A stretch of DNA of 64,000 bases from Candidatus Korobacteraceae bacterium. GTDB lineage: Bacteria > Acidobacteriota > Terriglobia > Terriglobales > Acidobacteriaceae. The stretch covers positions 41 to 64,040 of the forward strand of contig JBEKCJ010000021.1 of the NCBI GenBank assembly GCA_050014935.1, written 5' to 3'. A program made the translations under genes and the position numbers. Positions 38,569 to 47,961 of this stretch are shown one piece after another. Every line of letters starts with the position of its first letter. Positions within the stretch are counted from its first letter, which is position 1. The notes beneath the pieces are model-generated. The model saw only the letters and a list, made by a program, of their open reading frames with translations. It was not told where the DNA came from and made no database searches.

Positions 38569-40218
38569 CTATTGCCCGCTCTTTGCCAACACCGTCTTGG
38601 CGCTGCGTAATGCGGGGCGATCAGAGTACTTTCCGTCGTCGCAGTTCTTCAACAGTTGCGCGTAGTAGAGGCTGGCTTTTTGCGGCTGATGGGCCAACTC
38701 GGCAGCCTGCGCAGCGCCAGCCAGTTCGTTGAAGCGATTGGGGTCGATCTTCATCGACTTCTCATATTCCGCCAGGGCTTCCTGCGGCTGCTTGAGTTCC
38801 AGCAGCATATCGGCCAGCATTTCGCGCGCCGGAATGTCGACTTCCGCTTTTCCTGTCTTGTCTTGCGTGTCCGCGACCTGGCGCATCTGGCGAATCGCCT
38901 CCGCATTCTGCTTTTCGGCAAAGGCCAGCCAGGCATGCACTTCCCCGCGCGATGAGTTTGGCCCGTCAAGAACGTAGGCGTCTTTAGTCTTGCGCGTGGC
39001 CTCTTCGGCTTCGTCGAACCCGTGCGCATTGCGACGGGTCGCTTCCACATCGCCCAGGCGCGCCGAAGCTATCGTCCGCGCCCACCAGGTGATTCGCTGC
39101 AAGTCCGGCGATGCGTTCGCCGCCGGCTGGAGCGCCGCCGCATCCGCCCAGTTGTGCATTTCCAGATCGTAGAGGGCGGGGAAATGCGCGGCAGCAAAGC
39201 CGTAATACCGCAGCATTCCTGAATCGCTGTTGTCCGCGGGCGCCGCCGCTATGATCTGTTTTGATTGCTTTACGATCTGCCTGGCCGCTTCATCCTGGCC
39301 GGTCTGCAAGTAGGCATAAAGCAGAAAATGCATGGCGTGCAGTTCGTGTCCGCCCATGTACATCGCGCCCGATTGTTTCGTCAGGGCAACCGACTTCAGG
39401 TTCGCCTGGATGTCCTCCTGCCAGAGTCCCAGGCGGGCAAAGATGTGCGAGGGCATGTGGACGGCGTGGGCTGAGGATGAGGCAATTCCCGCATAGGCGC
39501 GCGCCGCTGCCAGCCCCTTGGGCGCCAGTTGAGGATTATCGCTGGCGTGAATAATGTAGTGCGCCAGGCCGGGATGATCGGGCTGCTGCTCGAACAGCGG
39601 GACCAGCACTGCAATCGCTTCCTTACGAGTCATGAGCGACGGGTCATTTGGCGGGTCAGCCGCCAGCAATGACAGACCATAGAACGCGCCTGCCTCCACG
39701 TCCGTGGGATATTTCTGGTAGAGCTTCCCCATCGCATCCGAGTAGGCCTTGGCCCGCGTCAGATAATCGTTCTTGGCAGGGTCGGCGTAGAACAAGGCCA
39801 GGGCCGCAATATAGTCTCGCTCCCGCTCGGTCTTCGCGCCGAGCTGTTGCGCCTTCTCGATTTCCTGCTCACCCCGCTTCAGAACCGGGTCCGGCGGCCG
39901 CTCCCAGATCTGGTGATACAAGCTCATCGCAATGCCCCAATGGGCCATGGCACACGCCGGATCTTTCTGCGCGAGCGCCATGAACTGCTGTTCCGCCTCT
40001 TCATACTCGAAGGAATGGAGCTGGGCGATGCCATGCTCGAAGGCCTTCTGCGAACCAGGCGCGCACGAGATGGGGAACGAAACCTGGCCTAACTGTTCTG
40101 TAGCTTCATGGTGATGAGCGTGTTCCCGTGCTTCGTCCTGGGCGGAGGCGTGTATGGCACACAAGACGCAAACACACAGCAACAGACAGGCAAGCGATCT
40201 TGCGGAAAACATCTTCAA
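38569..40218 (-). CDS. secreted TPR-repeat protein
   Basis: 549 aa with a signal peptide, a His-rich mature N-terminus (EHAHHHE) and TPR-like helical repeats toward the C-terminus. Confidence 0.65.
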   Translation of the reverse strand: MKMFSARSLACLLLCVCVLCAIHASAQDEAREHAHHHEATEQLGQVSFPISCAPGSQKAFEHGIAQLHSFEYEEAEQQFMALAQKDPACAMAHWGIAMSLYHQIWERPPDPVLKRGEQEIEKAQQLGAKTERERDYIAALALFYADPAKNDYLTRAKAYSDAMGKLYQKYPTDVEAGAFYGLSLLAADPPNDPSLMTRKEAIAVLVPLFEQQPDHPGLAHYIIHASDNPQLAPKGLAAARAYAGIASSSAHAVHMPSHIFARLGLWQEDIQANLKSVALTKQSGAMYMGGHELHAMHFLLYAYLQTGQDEAARQIVKQSKQIIAAAPADNSDSGMLRYYGFAAAHFPALYDLEMHNWADAAALQPAANASPDLQRITWWARTIASARLGDVEATRRNAHGFDEAEEATRKTKDAYVLDGPNSSRGEVHAWLAFAEKQNAEAIRQMRQVADTQDKTGKAEVDIPAREMLADMLLELKQPQEALAEYEKSMKIDPNRFNELAGAAQAAELAHQPQKASLYYAQLLKNCDDGKYSDRPALRSAKTVLAKSGQ

Positions 40219-40260
40219 CTCCTTACAGGGCTCACTTTACCGAAGCCTCACCGGCGTCGG

Positions 40261-41058
40261 CTATCGAATTCGGATCAGCTCGATGTCGAAGACGAGCATG
40301 CCGAACGGGGGCTGTTTGCCCTGATATGCGAGGTTCTCAGGAATCCAGAAACGCGCCTTCTCGCCTTCGACCATCAGCTGCAATCCCTCGGTCCATCCGG
40401 GAATTACTTTATTGAGCTGGAAGCTGGACGGTTGACCGCGCATGACCGAGCTGTCGAACACTTTGCCGTCGGTAGTCCAGCCAGTGTAGTGCACCGTGAC
40501 CTCGTCAACGCTCTTGGGATGGCGTCTGCCTTCGCCCGGCGTCAACACCTCGTAGGCAAGACCGCTCTTGGTCCGCTGGGCGTCGGCAGGAGGCTTTTTC
40601 ACGTCCGCGGGGGCGCGGGTGGGTATGTCGTCAAGCGTCACTTGGAAGACGAGCGTGCCTATCGGCTTGCCTTGCTGGCCTTTGTAAGCGAGCGACTGCG
40701 GAATCCACATCACGCGAGTTTCGCCCGGCACCATCAGCAGAACACCCTCGCTCATGCCGGGAAGCATTCGCTTCACTAGCAGGGTCGCCGGCTTGCCGCG
40801 CTCCACCGAGCTGTCCAGCATTTTCCCGTCGGGCGTCCAGATGGTGTAATCGATGGTGACGGCATCATCTTTGCCGGGGTGATTGCTGCCGGTGCCCGGC
40901 TTCACAACTTTCGTCGCCAGGCCGGAAGCGGTTTTCTGGGCATCAGCCGGCGGCGCGGCAACATCGGCAGGTGCGGGAGGCGGCAAGGTTGGCGATGTCT
41001 GCGCCGAAACCGCGGCCACGGCAAGTATGAATACGGCAATAGAAGAAAGAATACGCAT
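40261..41058 (-). CDS. FKBP-type peptidyl-prolyl cis-trans isomerase (two FKBP domains)
   Basis: 265 aa with a signal peptide and two copies of the FKBP core (VTIDYTIWTPDGKMLDSS...; VTVHYTGWTTDGKVFDSS...GWTEGLQLM...FDIELIRI). Confidence 0.9.
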   Translation of the reverse strand: MRILSSIAVFILAVAAVSAQTSPTLPPPAPADVAAPPADAQKTASGLATKVVKPGTGSNHPGKDDAVTIDYTIWTPDGKMLDSSVERGKPATLLVKRMLPGMSEGVLLMVPGETRVMWIPQSLAYKGQQGKPIGTLVFQVTLDDIPTRAPADVKKPPADAQRTKSGLAYEVLTPGEGRRHPKSVDEVTVHYTGWTTDGKVFDSSVMRGQPSSFQLNKVIPGWTEGLQLMVEGEKARFWIPENLAYQGKQPPFGMLVFDIELIRIR

Positions 41059-41144
41059 GAGATCATTGTATCGCTAGCGTCGCTTGCGGCAATGTCAGCC
41101 GGACTCAGTTGTATTGGTATAGTTCCATTGACTGAGGGGGCCAC

Positions 41145-41969
41145 ATGCTGAGATTTAACACGCTCTTAGAGGAAGCCGGTTTCAACCCTAAGAAGGTTCT
41201 TTTGCTCCGACACGAGGACAGGAGACTGAGGCCAGGGCAGCTATATCAGGCGTGGAAGTCTGCGCCAAAGGATTTTGAAGCTTATCAAAACTTCCAAAAC
41301 TGGAAAAAACGCTTTCCAGAAGGCTCTAGTCTTGCGGGGTTTGTTGTTGGCCCGGAAGGCGAAACCCTGTTCGTGGGGATGTGGGACGTTTTGAAACTCT
41401 CACGGATTGATGGACCCTATGATGATCCACTGCTTGGGCATCTGCCCGCTGAGAGTCGCGCCCTGCACCAGACAAAACATTCCGGTCGGATGCAGGAGTA
41501 TGAGGAAAAGCTCGTTATCGAGTGGGGAAACGGAAAGCGCACATTCCGTCAGCGGGCGCATCTAAGAAACAAAATCGTTCAGGAAATTCGGGCGCAGGCC
41601 AAGGATGAGCCGTTTCCTCTCTATATAAATCTATTCCGCCGCCTCGGGGACCTGAGCAGCATCTATCCGTCCTGGCAAGTGCGGCTCAAAGAGCGTAAGG
41701 GGGTTTATCTCCTGACATTTGACGACGGAATGCAATACGTGGGCTCCGCTACCGGAGAACAAGGTTTTTGGCAACGCTGGAGTGACTACCTCACAAACGG
41801 GAACGGCGGCAATCGCGTCTTGATCCGTGATCAGCGCGACGCTCGCGTTGCTTGGGTTTCCATTCTGGAAGTCAGTGGATCGGCTCAGACTGGCCAAGAC
41901 ATCGTCAATCAAGAAATGTGTTGGAAAAAGAAATTAGGAATAAGAGCTAAGGCACTTGATAACGAATGA
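41145..41969 (+). CDS. GIY-YIG nuclease-domain protein with uncharacterised N-terminal domain
   Basis: 274 aa. The C-terminal KGVYLLTFDDGMQYVGSATGEQGFWQRWSDY... fits the GIY-(x10)-YIG pattern. The ~190-aa N-terminus is not recognised. The gene is visibly lower in GC than its flanks. Confidence 0.65.
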   Translation: MLRFNTLLEEAGFNPKKVLLLRHEDRRLRPGQLYQAWKSAPKDFEAYQNFQNWKKRFPEGSSLAGFVVGPEGETLFVGMWDVLKLSRIDGPYDDPLLGHLPAESRALHQTKHSGRMQEYEEKLVIEWGNGKRTFRQRAHLRNKIVQEIRAQAKDEPFPLYINLFRRLGDLSSIYPSWQVRLKERKGVYLLTFDDGMQYVGSATGEQGFWQRWSDYLTNGNGGNRVLIRDQRDARVAWVSILEVSGSAQTGQDIVNQEMCWKKKLGIRAKALDNE

Positions 41970-42053
41970 AATGGCCGTTTTTCATACTATACCGCCGCCG
42001 ACTCGGCTGTTCCCGGCGGCGCGCCGCGGAGTGTGCACCGCAGACAAATGCCT

Positions 42054-42824
42054 TCAGAATCCCATGATGTTGTAGCCGCAGTCCACGTAGATGGTTTCGC
42101 CAGTGATGCCGCTGCCCGCGTCGCTGGCCAGAAACACCGCCGTCGTCGCGACTTCCTTCACATCCACATTGCGCTTTAGCGGGGCGCGTTCCGCCTGCTC
42201 CTTCAACATCTCGCCGAAGCCGGAAATCCCGCGCGACGCCAGCGTCTTGATAGGCCCGGCGGAGATGGCATTGACGCGAATGTTGTTCTTTCCCAGATCG
42301 TAGGCCAGGTAACGAACGCTCGCCTCCAGGGCAGCCTTGGCAACTCCCATCACGTTGTAGCGCGGGATAACTCTTTCCGAGCCGTAGTACGTCATGGTCA
42401 TAATGCTTCCGCCCTCGGTCATCAGCGGACGGGCAGCGCGAGCCAGAGCCACCAGCGAGTAAGCGCTGGTATCGAGCGCGATGCGAAAACCCTCGCGGCT
42501 GGTGTCGGCGAATTCGCCTTTCAGGTCCTCGCCGGGAGCGTAGGCGATGCTGTGCACCAGCGCATCGAGCTTGCCGTAGCGCCCTTTCAACTGCGTGAAG
42601 AGTTGCGCGATCTCTTCGTCGCGCGAGACGTCGCACTGGAAGGCTTGCGCGTTGGGCAGCTCCCCAATCATGTCGGCAGCTTCCTGCTTCAGGCGTTCGT
42701 TCTGGTAGGTGATGGCGAGTTGCGCCCCAGCCTGCTGCATCTGCTGCGCAATGGCCCAGGCAATGCTGCGCTTGTTGGCCACGCCAAACACCACCGCTGT
42801 CCGTCCCTGCAAACTATTCGACAC
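42054..42824 (-). CDS. fabI: enoyl-[acyl-carrier-protein] reductase (NADH)
   Basis: GRTAVVFGVANKRSIAWAIA ... VHSIAYAP ... YNVMGVAKAALEASVRYLA ... INAISAGPIKT are FabI hallmarks. Start set to GTG 42824, overlapping the hbd stop; the track ORF is longer. Confidence 0.9.
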   Translation of the reverse strand: MSNSLQGRTAVVFGVANKRSIAWAIAQQMQQAGAQLAITYQNERLKQEAADMIGELPNAQAFQCDVSRDEEIAQLFTQLKGRYGKLDALVHSIAYAPGEDLKGEFADTSREGFRIALDTSAYSLVALARAARPLMTEGGSIMTMTYYGSERVIPRYNVMGVAKAALEASVRYLAYDLGKNNIRVNAISAGPIKTLASRGISGFGEMLKEQAERAPLKRNVDVKEVATTAVFLASDAGSGITGETIYVDCGYNIMGF

Positions 42825-43743
42825 GCTTCTTGTCCTTTCCAGCTTTCGTCGCTGGCTGACTCGCCGCGTCAGGACGGCCGGGTTCGTGTCCTGGATATTC
42901 GTACACGCCGTGTCCGGACTTGCGGCCAATGCGCCCGGCCTTCACGTACTGCACCAGCAGCGGCGCGGGACGAAACTTTTCGCCCAGCGACTTATGCAGA
43001 TACTCCAGAATGTGCAGGCGAGTATCGAGTCCGACCAGATCGATCATCTCGAACGGCCCCATGGGGTGATTCAATCCCAGCTTCAAGGCTTTGTCGATGT
43101 CCTGCGCCGAAGCCACACCTTCCTGCAACATATAGAAGGCTTCATTGCCAATCATGGCGTTGATGCGGCTGGTAATGAATCCCGGCGACTCCTTGATGAC
43201 TACGACTTCTTTGCCCATGTGTTTGCCGATATCCACTGCCGCAGCCAGGGTTTCGTCGTCTGTCTCCAGCGCGCGCACAACTTCCAACAGCTTCATCTTG
43301 TGCACGGGATTGAAGAAATGCATACCGACGCATTTGGGAGCACGGTAGGTCACGGACGCGATTTCCGTGACGCTGAGCGAGGAAGTATTGGAAGCCAGAA
43401 TGGTGGTTGGCCGGCAAACCTTGTCGAGCAGGGTGAAGATCTCAATCTTCGACTCCATCTCCTCGGGAACAGCTTCGATCACCACATCGGCTTCGCGCGC
43501 CGCCTGTTCGACGGAAGAGGCATATTCCAGCCGCTCAAACGCCTTGTCGGCATCGGTCTTGGTGACCTTTCCCAACTCAACGGCCTTATCCAGATTGGAG
43601 CGGATCTCGGTCTCCGCCTTGCGCAGCGCCGTCGGCAGAATGTCTTCCAGGATGGTGCGATAGCCGCCCAGCGCTGCGGCGTGGGCAATGCCGCGGCCCA
43701 TGATTCCCGCGCCGATAACCGCGATGGTGCGCACCTCGGCCAT
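42814..43743 (-). CDS. hbd: 3-hydroxybutyryl-CoA / 3-hydroxyacyl-CoA dehydrogenase
   Basis: 309 aa with IAVIGAGIMGRGIAHAAA (NAD fold) and SNTSSLSVTEIA...HFFNPVHKMKLLEVV motifs. Confidence 0.9.
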   Translation of the reverse strand: MAEVRTIAVIGAGIMGRGIAHAAALGGYRTILEDILPTALRKAETEIRSNLDKAVELGKVTKTDADKAFERLEYASSVEQAAREADVVIEAVPEEMESKIEIFTLLDKVCRPTTILASNTSSLSVTEIASVTYRAPKCVGMHFFNPVHKMKLLEVVRALETDDETLAAAVDIGKHMGKEVVVIKESPGFITSRINAMIGNEAFYMLQEGVASAQDIDKALKLGLNHPMGPFEMIDLVGLDTRLHILEYLHKSLGEKFRPAPLLVQYVKAGRIGRKSGHGVYEYPGHEPGRPDAASQPATKAGKDKKRVE

Positions 43744-43934
43744 CAGGCTATGCTCCCCTTTTCCAACTGCTCGACCACGCCGATGAAATTTGGATCGGAT
43801 TTACGCATGTACTCGGCCAGGCGCCGCTTCTCGTCGGGGGCAATCAGATAAAGGCTGGCATTGATGCGGCGCAGAGTCGCCGCAATGTCGTCCACATAGT
43901 TCATCATCCGGATTAGTTCACCAGTAGCAACCAT
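43743..43934 (-). CDS. small hypothetical protein
   Basis: 63 aa from ATG 43934 (AAAGGAA RBS). Its stop overlaps the hbd start (ATGA). No family recognised. Confidence 0.45.
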   Translation of the reverse strand: MVATGELIRMMNYVDDIAATLRRINASLYLIAPDEKRRLAEYMRKSDPNFIGVVEQLEKGSIA

Positions 43935-44104
43935 AAAATTCCTTTCGTGCTGGACCGTGGTAGGAGTGCGTTGGCTTGCCGAGAGTGTACGAGATTCAGC
44001 CCGCAAAACCGGGCAATCTTTTATTTTCGCCGCCCCCCGGCATTAAGTAAAGCCGAGGTCCGCGGCCGTCCGCAGACCAACATTGTTGTTATGCCGCGAA
44101 GTTG

Positions 44105-45664
44105 TTATGCCGCGAAATCCTTGCCGGCTTCCCGGCCGCTTGGCTCGGCATCGATTGAAGGCCGCTTCACGCAAACGTCGCGATCGGTAATCTCGACCAG
44201 CGCCGCCATTTTTGATGCCAGCTCAGGCGTGAGCGCTCCGGCACGCAACCGCCAGGTCCAACTGCCATGAGTTTCGCTAGGAACGTTCATGCGAGCGCCG
44301 CTGTCGAGCCCGAGCACATCCTGCACGGGAATCACACAGGAATTGGCCACCGAGGTCAGGGCCGCACGAACAAATGCCCAATGCACTCCATCTTTGCCGA
44401 TCCCCATGTAGGTCTTTACCAGCTTTTTTTCTTCCTTCGTAGCGCCGCTATTCCACCAGCCAACCGTGGTGTCATTGTCGTGGGTACCGGTATAGACGAC
44501 GCAGTCAGGCTCATAGCTGTGGGGCAAGTAGACATGTGCGCCTTTGTTACCGAATCCAAACTGCAAAACCTTCATTCCAGGGATTGCGAGGGTTATGCGG
44601 AGATCATGTACCGCGGGCGTGATGTATCCCAGGTCTTCAGCAATGAAGGGCAACTTGCCCAAGTCTCTTTGCAGCGCCTGAAACAGGCTCACACTGGGTC
44701 CCGCGACCCAACGGCCGTTGACCGCGGTTGGCTCATCCGCGGGAATTTCCCAATACGCTTCAAAGCCGCGGAAGTGGTCGATACGGACAATGTCGTAGGT
44801 GTCGATGGCCCAACGCATGCGCCCGATCCACCAGTCGTAGCCCCGCGCCCGCAGCGCTTCCCAGTCATAGATCGGGTTGCCCCAGCGCTGCCCAGTTTCG
44901 CTGAACGCGTCGGGCGGCACTCCGGCAACAACTTCCGGTGAGAGATCTTTCTTCAAGCGAAACAATTCGGGATTCGTCCAGACATCGGCACTGTCATAGC
45001 TGACGAAGATGGACACGTCGCCGATGATGCGGATGCCGCGAGCGGCGCAGTACTCGCGCAGTGCGCCCCACTGCTCAAAAAATGCGAACTGTAGAAAACG
45101 CTCCTGCTCCAGTTCTTCTTGCAGCTCCGACCGCAACTGCCTGACGGTTTCTGGATCTCGTCGAACCACTTCCCGCGGCCAGGCGTTCCAGGGCAGCTCG
45201 CCGAACTTTTCGCGCAGCACGCTGAACAATACGTAATCTTCCAGCCACCATTCACTCTCGCGGCAAAAATTAGCGTAGCGCTCGCGGGCAGCATCCGCCG
45301 CTGAATCCAGAAAATTCACGGCAGCTTGGCGGAGCAGCGGCAACTTGTGCAAGCGAACGCTTTCGAAGTCGACCGGCAGATCGCCGTCCGGGAGAGCTCC
45401 CACACGCTCGCGATCCAGCAGCCCGCGGTCCGCCAGACGCTCCAGGCTGATCAGCAAAACGTTGCCCGCAAACGCGGAAGTGCAGGAATACGGCGAGTCC
45501 CCGCTACCCACTGGTTGCAGCGGCAGCACCTGCCAAAGCGTCTGTTTGGCCGCGGCCAGCCAGTCGACAAATTCATAAGCGGCCGGACCAAGATCGCCGA
45601 TTCCTCCGCGCGCCGGAAGCGAAGTGGGATGCAGCAGGATGCCAGATGAGCGCTCTGAAAGCAT
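44105..45664 (-). CDS. malQ: 4-alpha-glucanotransferase (amylomaltase)
   Basis: 519 aa. RSSGILLHPTSLP...GIGDLGP...WQVLPLQP, IIGDVSIFV, RIDHFRGF and TGTHDNDT are GH77 amylomaltase signatures. Confidence 0.9.
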   Translation of the reverse strand: MLSERSSGILLHPTSLPARGGIGDLGPAAYEFVDWLAAAKQTLWQVLPLQPVGSGDSPYSCTSAFAGNVLLISLERLADRGLLDRERVGALPDGDLPVDFESVRLHKLPLLRQAAVNFLDSAADAARERYANFCRESEWWLEDYVLFSVLREKFGELPWNAWPREVVRRDPETVRQLRSELQEELEQERFLQFAFFEQWGALREYCAARGIRIIGDVSIFVSYDSADVWTNPELFRLKKDLSPEVVAGVPPDAFSETGQRWGNPIYDWEALRARGYDWWIGRMRWAIDTYDIVRIDHFRGFEAYWEIPADEPTAVNGRWVAGPSVSLFQALQRDLGKLPFIAEDLGYITPAVHDLRITLAIPGMKVLQFGFGNKGAHVYLPHSYEPDCVVYTGTHDNDTTVGWWNSGATKEEKKLVKTYMGIGKDGVHWAFVRAALTSVANSCVIPVQDVLGLDSGARMNVPSETHGSWTWRLRAGALTPELASKMAALVEITDRDVCVKRPSIDAEPSGREAGKDFAA

Positions 45665-45778
45665 AGGGGCAAGTTATGACTGGATCGAGCCTGGTTAAAT
45701 GGCCAAACGCCTGATCGGGAAACAAATGTGGCCAGCAGATCGTTTCTGCTGGCCATGAAGTTCGCCGCTAATCCATGG

Positions 45779-47761
45779 TTAGGAACCCTCAGAAGACAAG
45801 GTTGACAGACGATCCATTTCCTTCTTATTGATCTTGATCTTCCCCTCTTTTTCCAGCGTATTGCGCAGATTTTCTACGTAGAGATTCTGGAACTCCTGCT
45901 GCTTTTGTTCCAGCAGTGCCTGCTTCGCCTTGTCCCAATCTTGCTTGATCTGGTCGGGGCTTGGCTCCTGCATTTCAACAATCTTCAGGACGACTCCATT
46001 GGGGCCGCCTTGAATCGCGCCGCTGATTTCGCCGGCCTTCATGGTGAAGGCAACAGCGGCTGGGCCGGTCATCGGCCCCAGATCGGGGACCTGCGCATTG
46101 CGGTCCACCAGATCGCTGGTCTTCACGGATGCGCCTACTTCTTTGGCGGCCTTATCCAAGTCATGATCGGCGTGGGCGCGGTCCGAAAGCTGTTGGGTTT
46201 TTTGCGCAAGCAGTGCCTGCGCCCGCTGGGCCTTGAACTGCTCTGCCACCTTATCCTTCACTTGTTCGAAGCCTGGAGTTTGAGCCGGCTGGATCTCCGT
46301 AACCTGATAGATCACGTAACCTGCCGGAGTAACAGCCGTCGCCGGCGGATCGTTCTTCTTCGCGGCAAACAGCGCGCCCATGAATTCAGGGGCAGCGCCA
46401 ATACCGGGCAGTTGGTCCGCTTGCGCAACCATGTCGGTGGTGGTGAGGCTAAAATTCTTCGCGGCGGCAGCCTTGTCCAATCCTTCAGTGCGAGCCAGGG
46501 CCTGAACGGCGCTGGCGACGCTCTGCGCCTCGGCCGCAGCTTTCTGTTTCTTGAGCACCGGCTCAATCTCGATCTTCACTTCAGCCAGAGGCTTCAGCCG
46601 TGGCTCCTGCTTGGCCTCGACGTGAATAATGTGGAAACCATAATTGGTGCGAACAATGCCGGTGGTTTGTCCAACCGGAGTATTAAACGCCGCCTGCTCG
46701 AATTCCGGGACCGTCCGGCCGCGCGTCAGCGGGGGCAACAGTCCGCCGTCCTTTGCGCTTCCGGGATCGTCGGAGTATTTCTTGGCCAAATCGGCGAAGC
46801 TCGCTCCGGCTTTCAATTGCTTGTCAACGTCATCAGCTTTAGCTTTCGCCGCGTCTACGGCTTTCTGGTCGACCTTACCGTTCGAGTCCGGAGTAGGCGC
46901 CTTGATCAAAATGTGGCGGACCGTTACCGTCTCCGGCAACCGATAGTCATCCTCATGCTGTTTGTAGTACTGCTGCACTTCCGCAGGCGTGACCTCAATC
47001 TTTTCGGCCAGTTGGTTGGTGTCGATCAGAATGTATTTCGCCTTGACTTTGCCGGGAATGGAGTTCACATAGGCTTGCTTGTTCTGATCGTAGAAGGCCT
47101 TCAGCTCCGCCTCCGTCGGCTTGACTTCTTTGCTCACATCGTCGAGCGTCAGCACGGCGTACTCGAACTTCACCTTGGTGCCGGCCTGCTTGACTTCCTT
47201 GGCAATGTCCTTGTCGCTGACCGTTATCGCTCCCCCAACCGCGGCCAACAGTTTGCGCTGCGCAATCTCACCTTTGACCTCCTGCTCGAACTGCTGCACG
47301 CTCATGTTGAACTGGTTCTCGATGAACTGTTCATAAGCCGGCTGTCCGACAAAGTTGCCATTGGGAAAAATCACCTGGCCAAACTGGCCCTGGTGAAGAT
47401 AGTCGCGGAGTTCGTCATCGCTCACCCCGAGACCCATCTTGTCCGCCTCGTAGACAATCGCCTTCTCCGTGATGATGCCTTGCGCCGCGCGTTGCATCAG
47501 ATAAGGCATCAGCTGTTCGGGAACATTACCTTTGAACTGTTGCTTGCCGATCAGACGGGCCTGCTGCTCCACTTGCTGGATGCCCACTTCCTGATCGCCC
47601 ACTTTGGCCAATACCCCTTCCGCGGTGATGCCGCTGCTGAAGTAATCGCCGAAGAGGCCGCCGGGAACGAGTGTGATGACCATCATCACGCAGATGACGA
47701 CCAGGATTCCGCCCAGGATGATTTTCTTAAGGGGCCCAGGCTTTTGCAGAAATCGAAGCAT
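45779..47761 (-). CDS. ppiD: periplasmic chaperone / parvulin-type peptidyl-prolyl isomerase (PpiD/SurA-like)
   Basis: 660 aa with an N-terminal membrane anchor, a SurA-N-like region and a parvulin core (VRHILIKAP...FADLAKKYSDDPGSAKDGG...GFHIIHV). Confidence 0.8.
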   Translation of the reverse strand: MLRFLQKPGPLKKIILGGILVVICVMMVITLVPGGLFGDYFSSGITAEGVLAKVGDQEVGIQQVEQQARLIGKQQFKGNVPEQLMPYLMQRAAQGIITEKAIVYEADKMGLGVSDDELRDYLHQGQFGQVIFPNGNFVGQPAYEQFIENQFNMSVQQFEQEVKGEIAQRKLLAAVGGAITVSDKDIAKEVKQAGTKVKFEYAVLTLDDVSKEVKPTEAELKAFYDQNKQAYVNSIPGKVKAKYILIDTNQLAEKIEVTPAEVQQYYKQHEDDYRLPETVTVRHILIKAPTPDSNGKVDQKAVDAAKAKADDVDKQLKAGASFADLAKKYSDDPGSAKDGGLLPPLTRGRTVPEFEQAAFNTPVGQTTGIVRTNYGFHIIHVEAKQEPRLKPLAEVKIEIEPVLKKQKAAAEAQSVASAVQALARTEGLDKAAAAKNFSLTTTDMVAQADQLPGIGAAPEFMGALFAAKKNDPPATAVTPAGYVIYQVTEIQPAQTPGFEQVKDKVAEQFKAQRAQALLAQKTQQLSDRAHADHDLDKAAKEVGASVKTSDLVDRNAQVPDLGPMTGPAAVAFTMKAGEISGAIQGGPNGVVLKIVEMQEPSPDQIKQDWDKAKQALLEQKQQEFQNLYVENLRNTLEKEGKIKINKKEMDRLSTLSSEGS

Positions 47762-47961
47762 GTCTTTGGAAACTCCAGATGGGTTAGCTGAATCCTCTAT
47801 TATAGACCAGCCGCGATTGAGTCGGGTTGGCAGCGACGGAAAACATAGCCCGGCGTGGAATTGCGCGCCTGTCTAAATGTATCCAGATGCCACTCAGCTG
47901 CCAAAATTCCCCACACGCAGCTGAGTACTTCACATCCCGGAAAGTGGGTGTGTTGTAATAG

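Noticed and set aside
45905-47791. 628-aa plus-strand ORF opposite the PpiD-like gene
   Set aside because: Leu/Arg-rich antisense translation with no recognisable domain. The minus-strand product has a clear parvulin core and membrane anchor.
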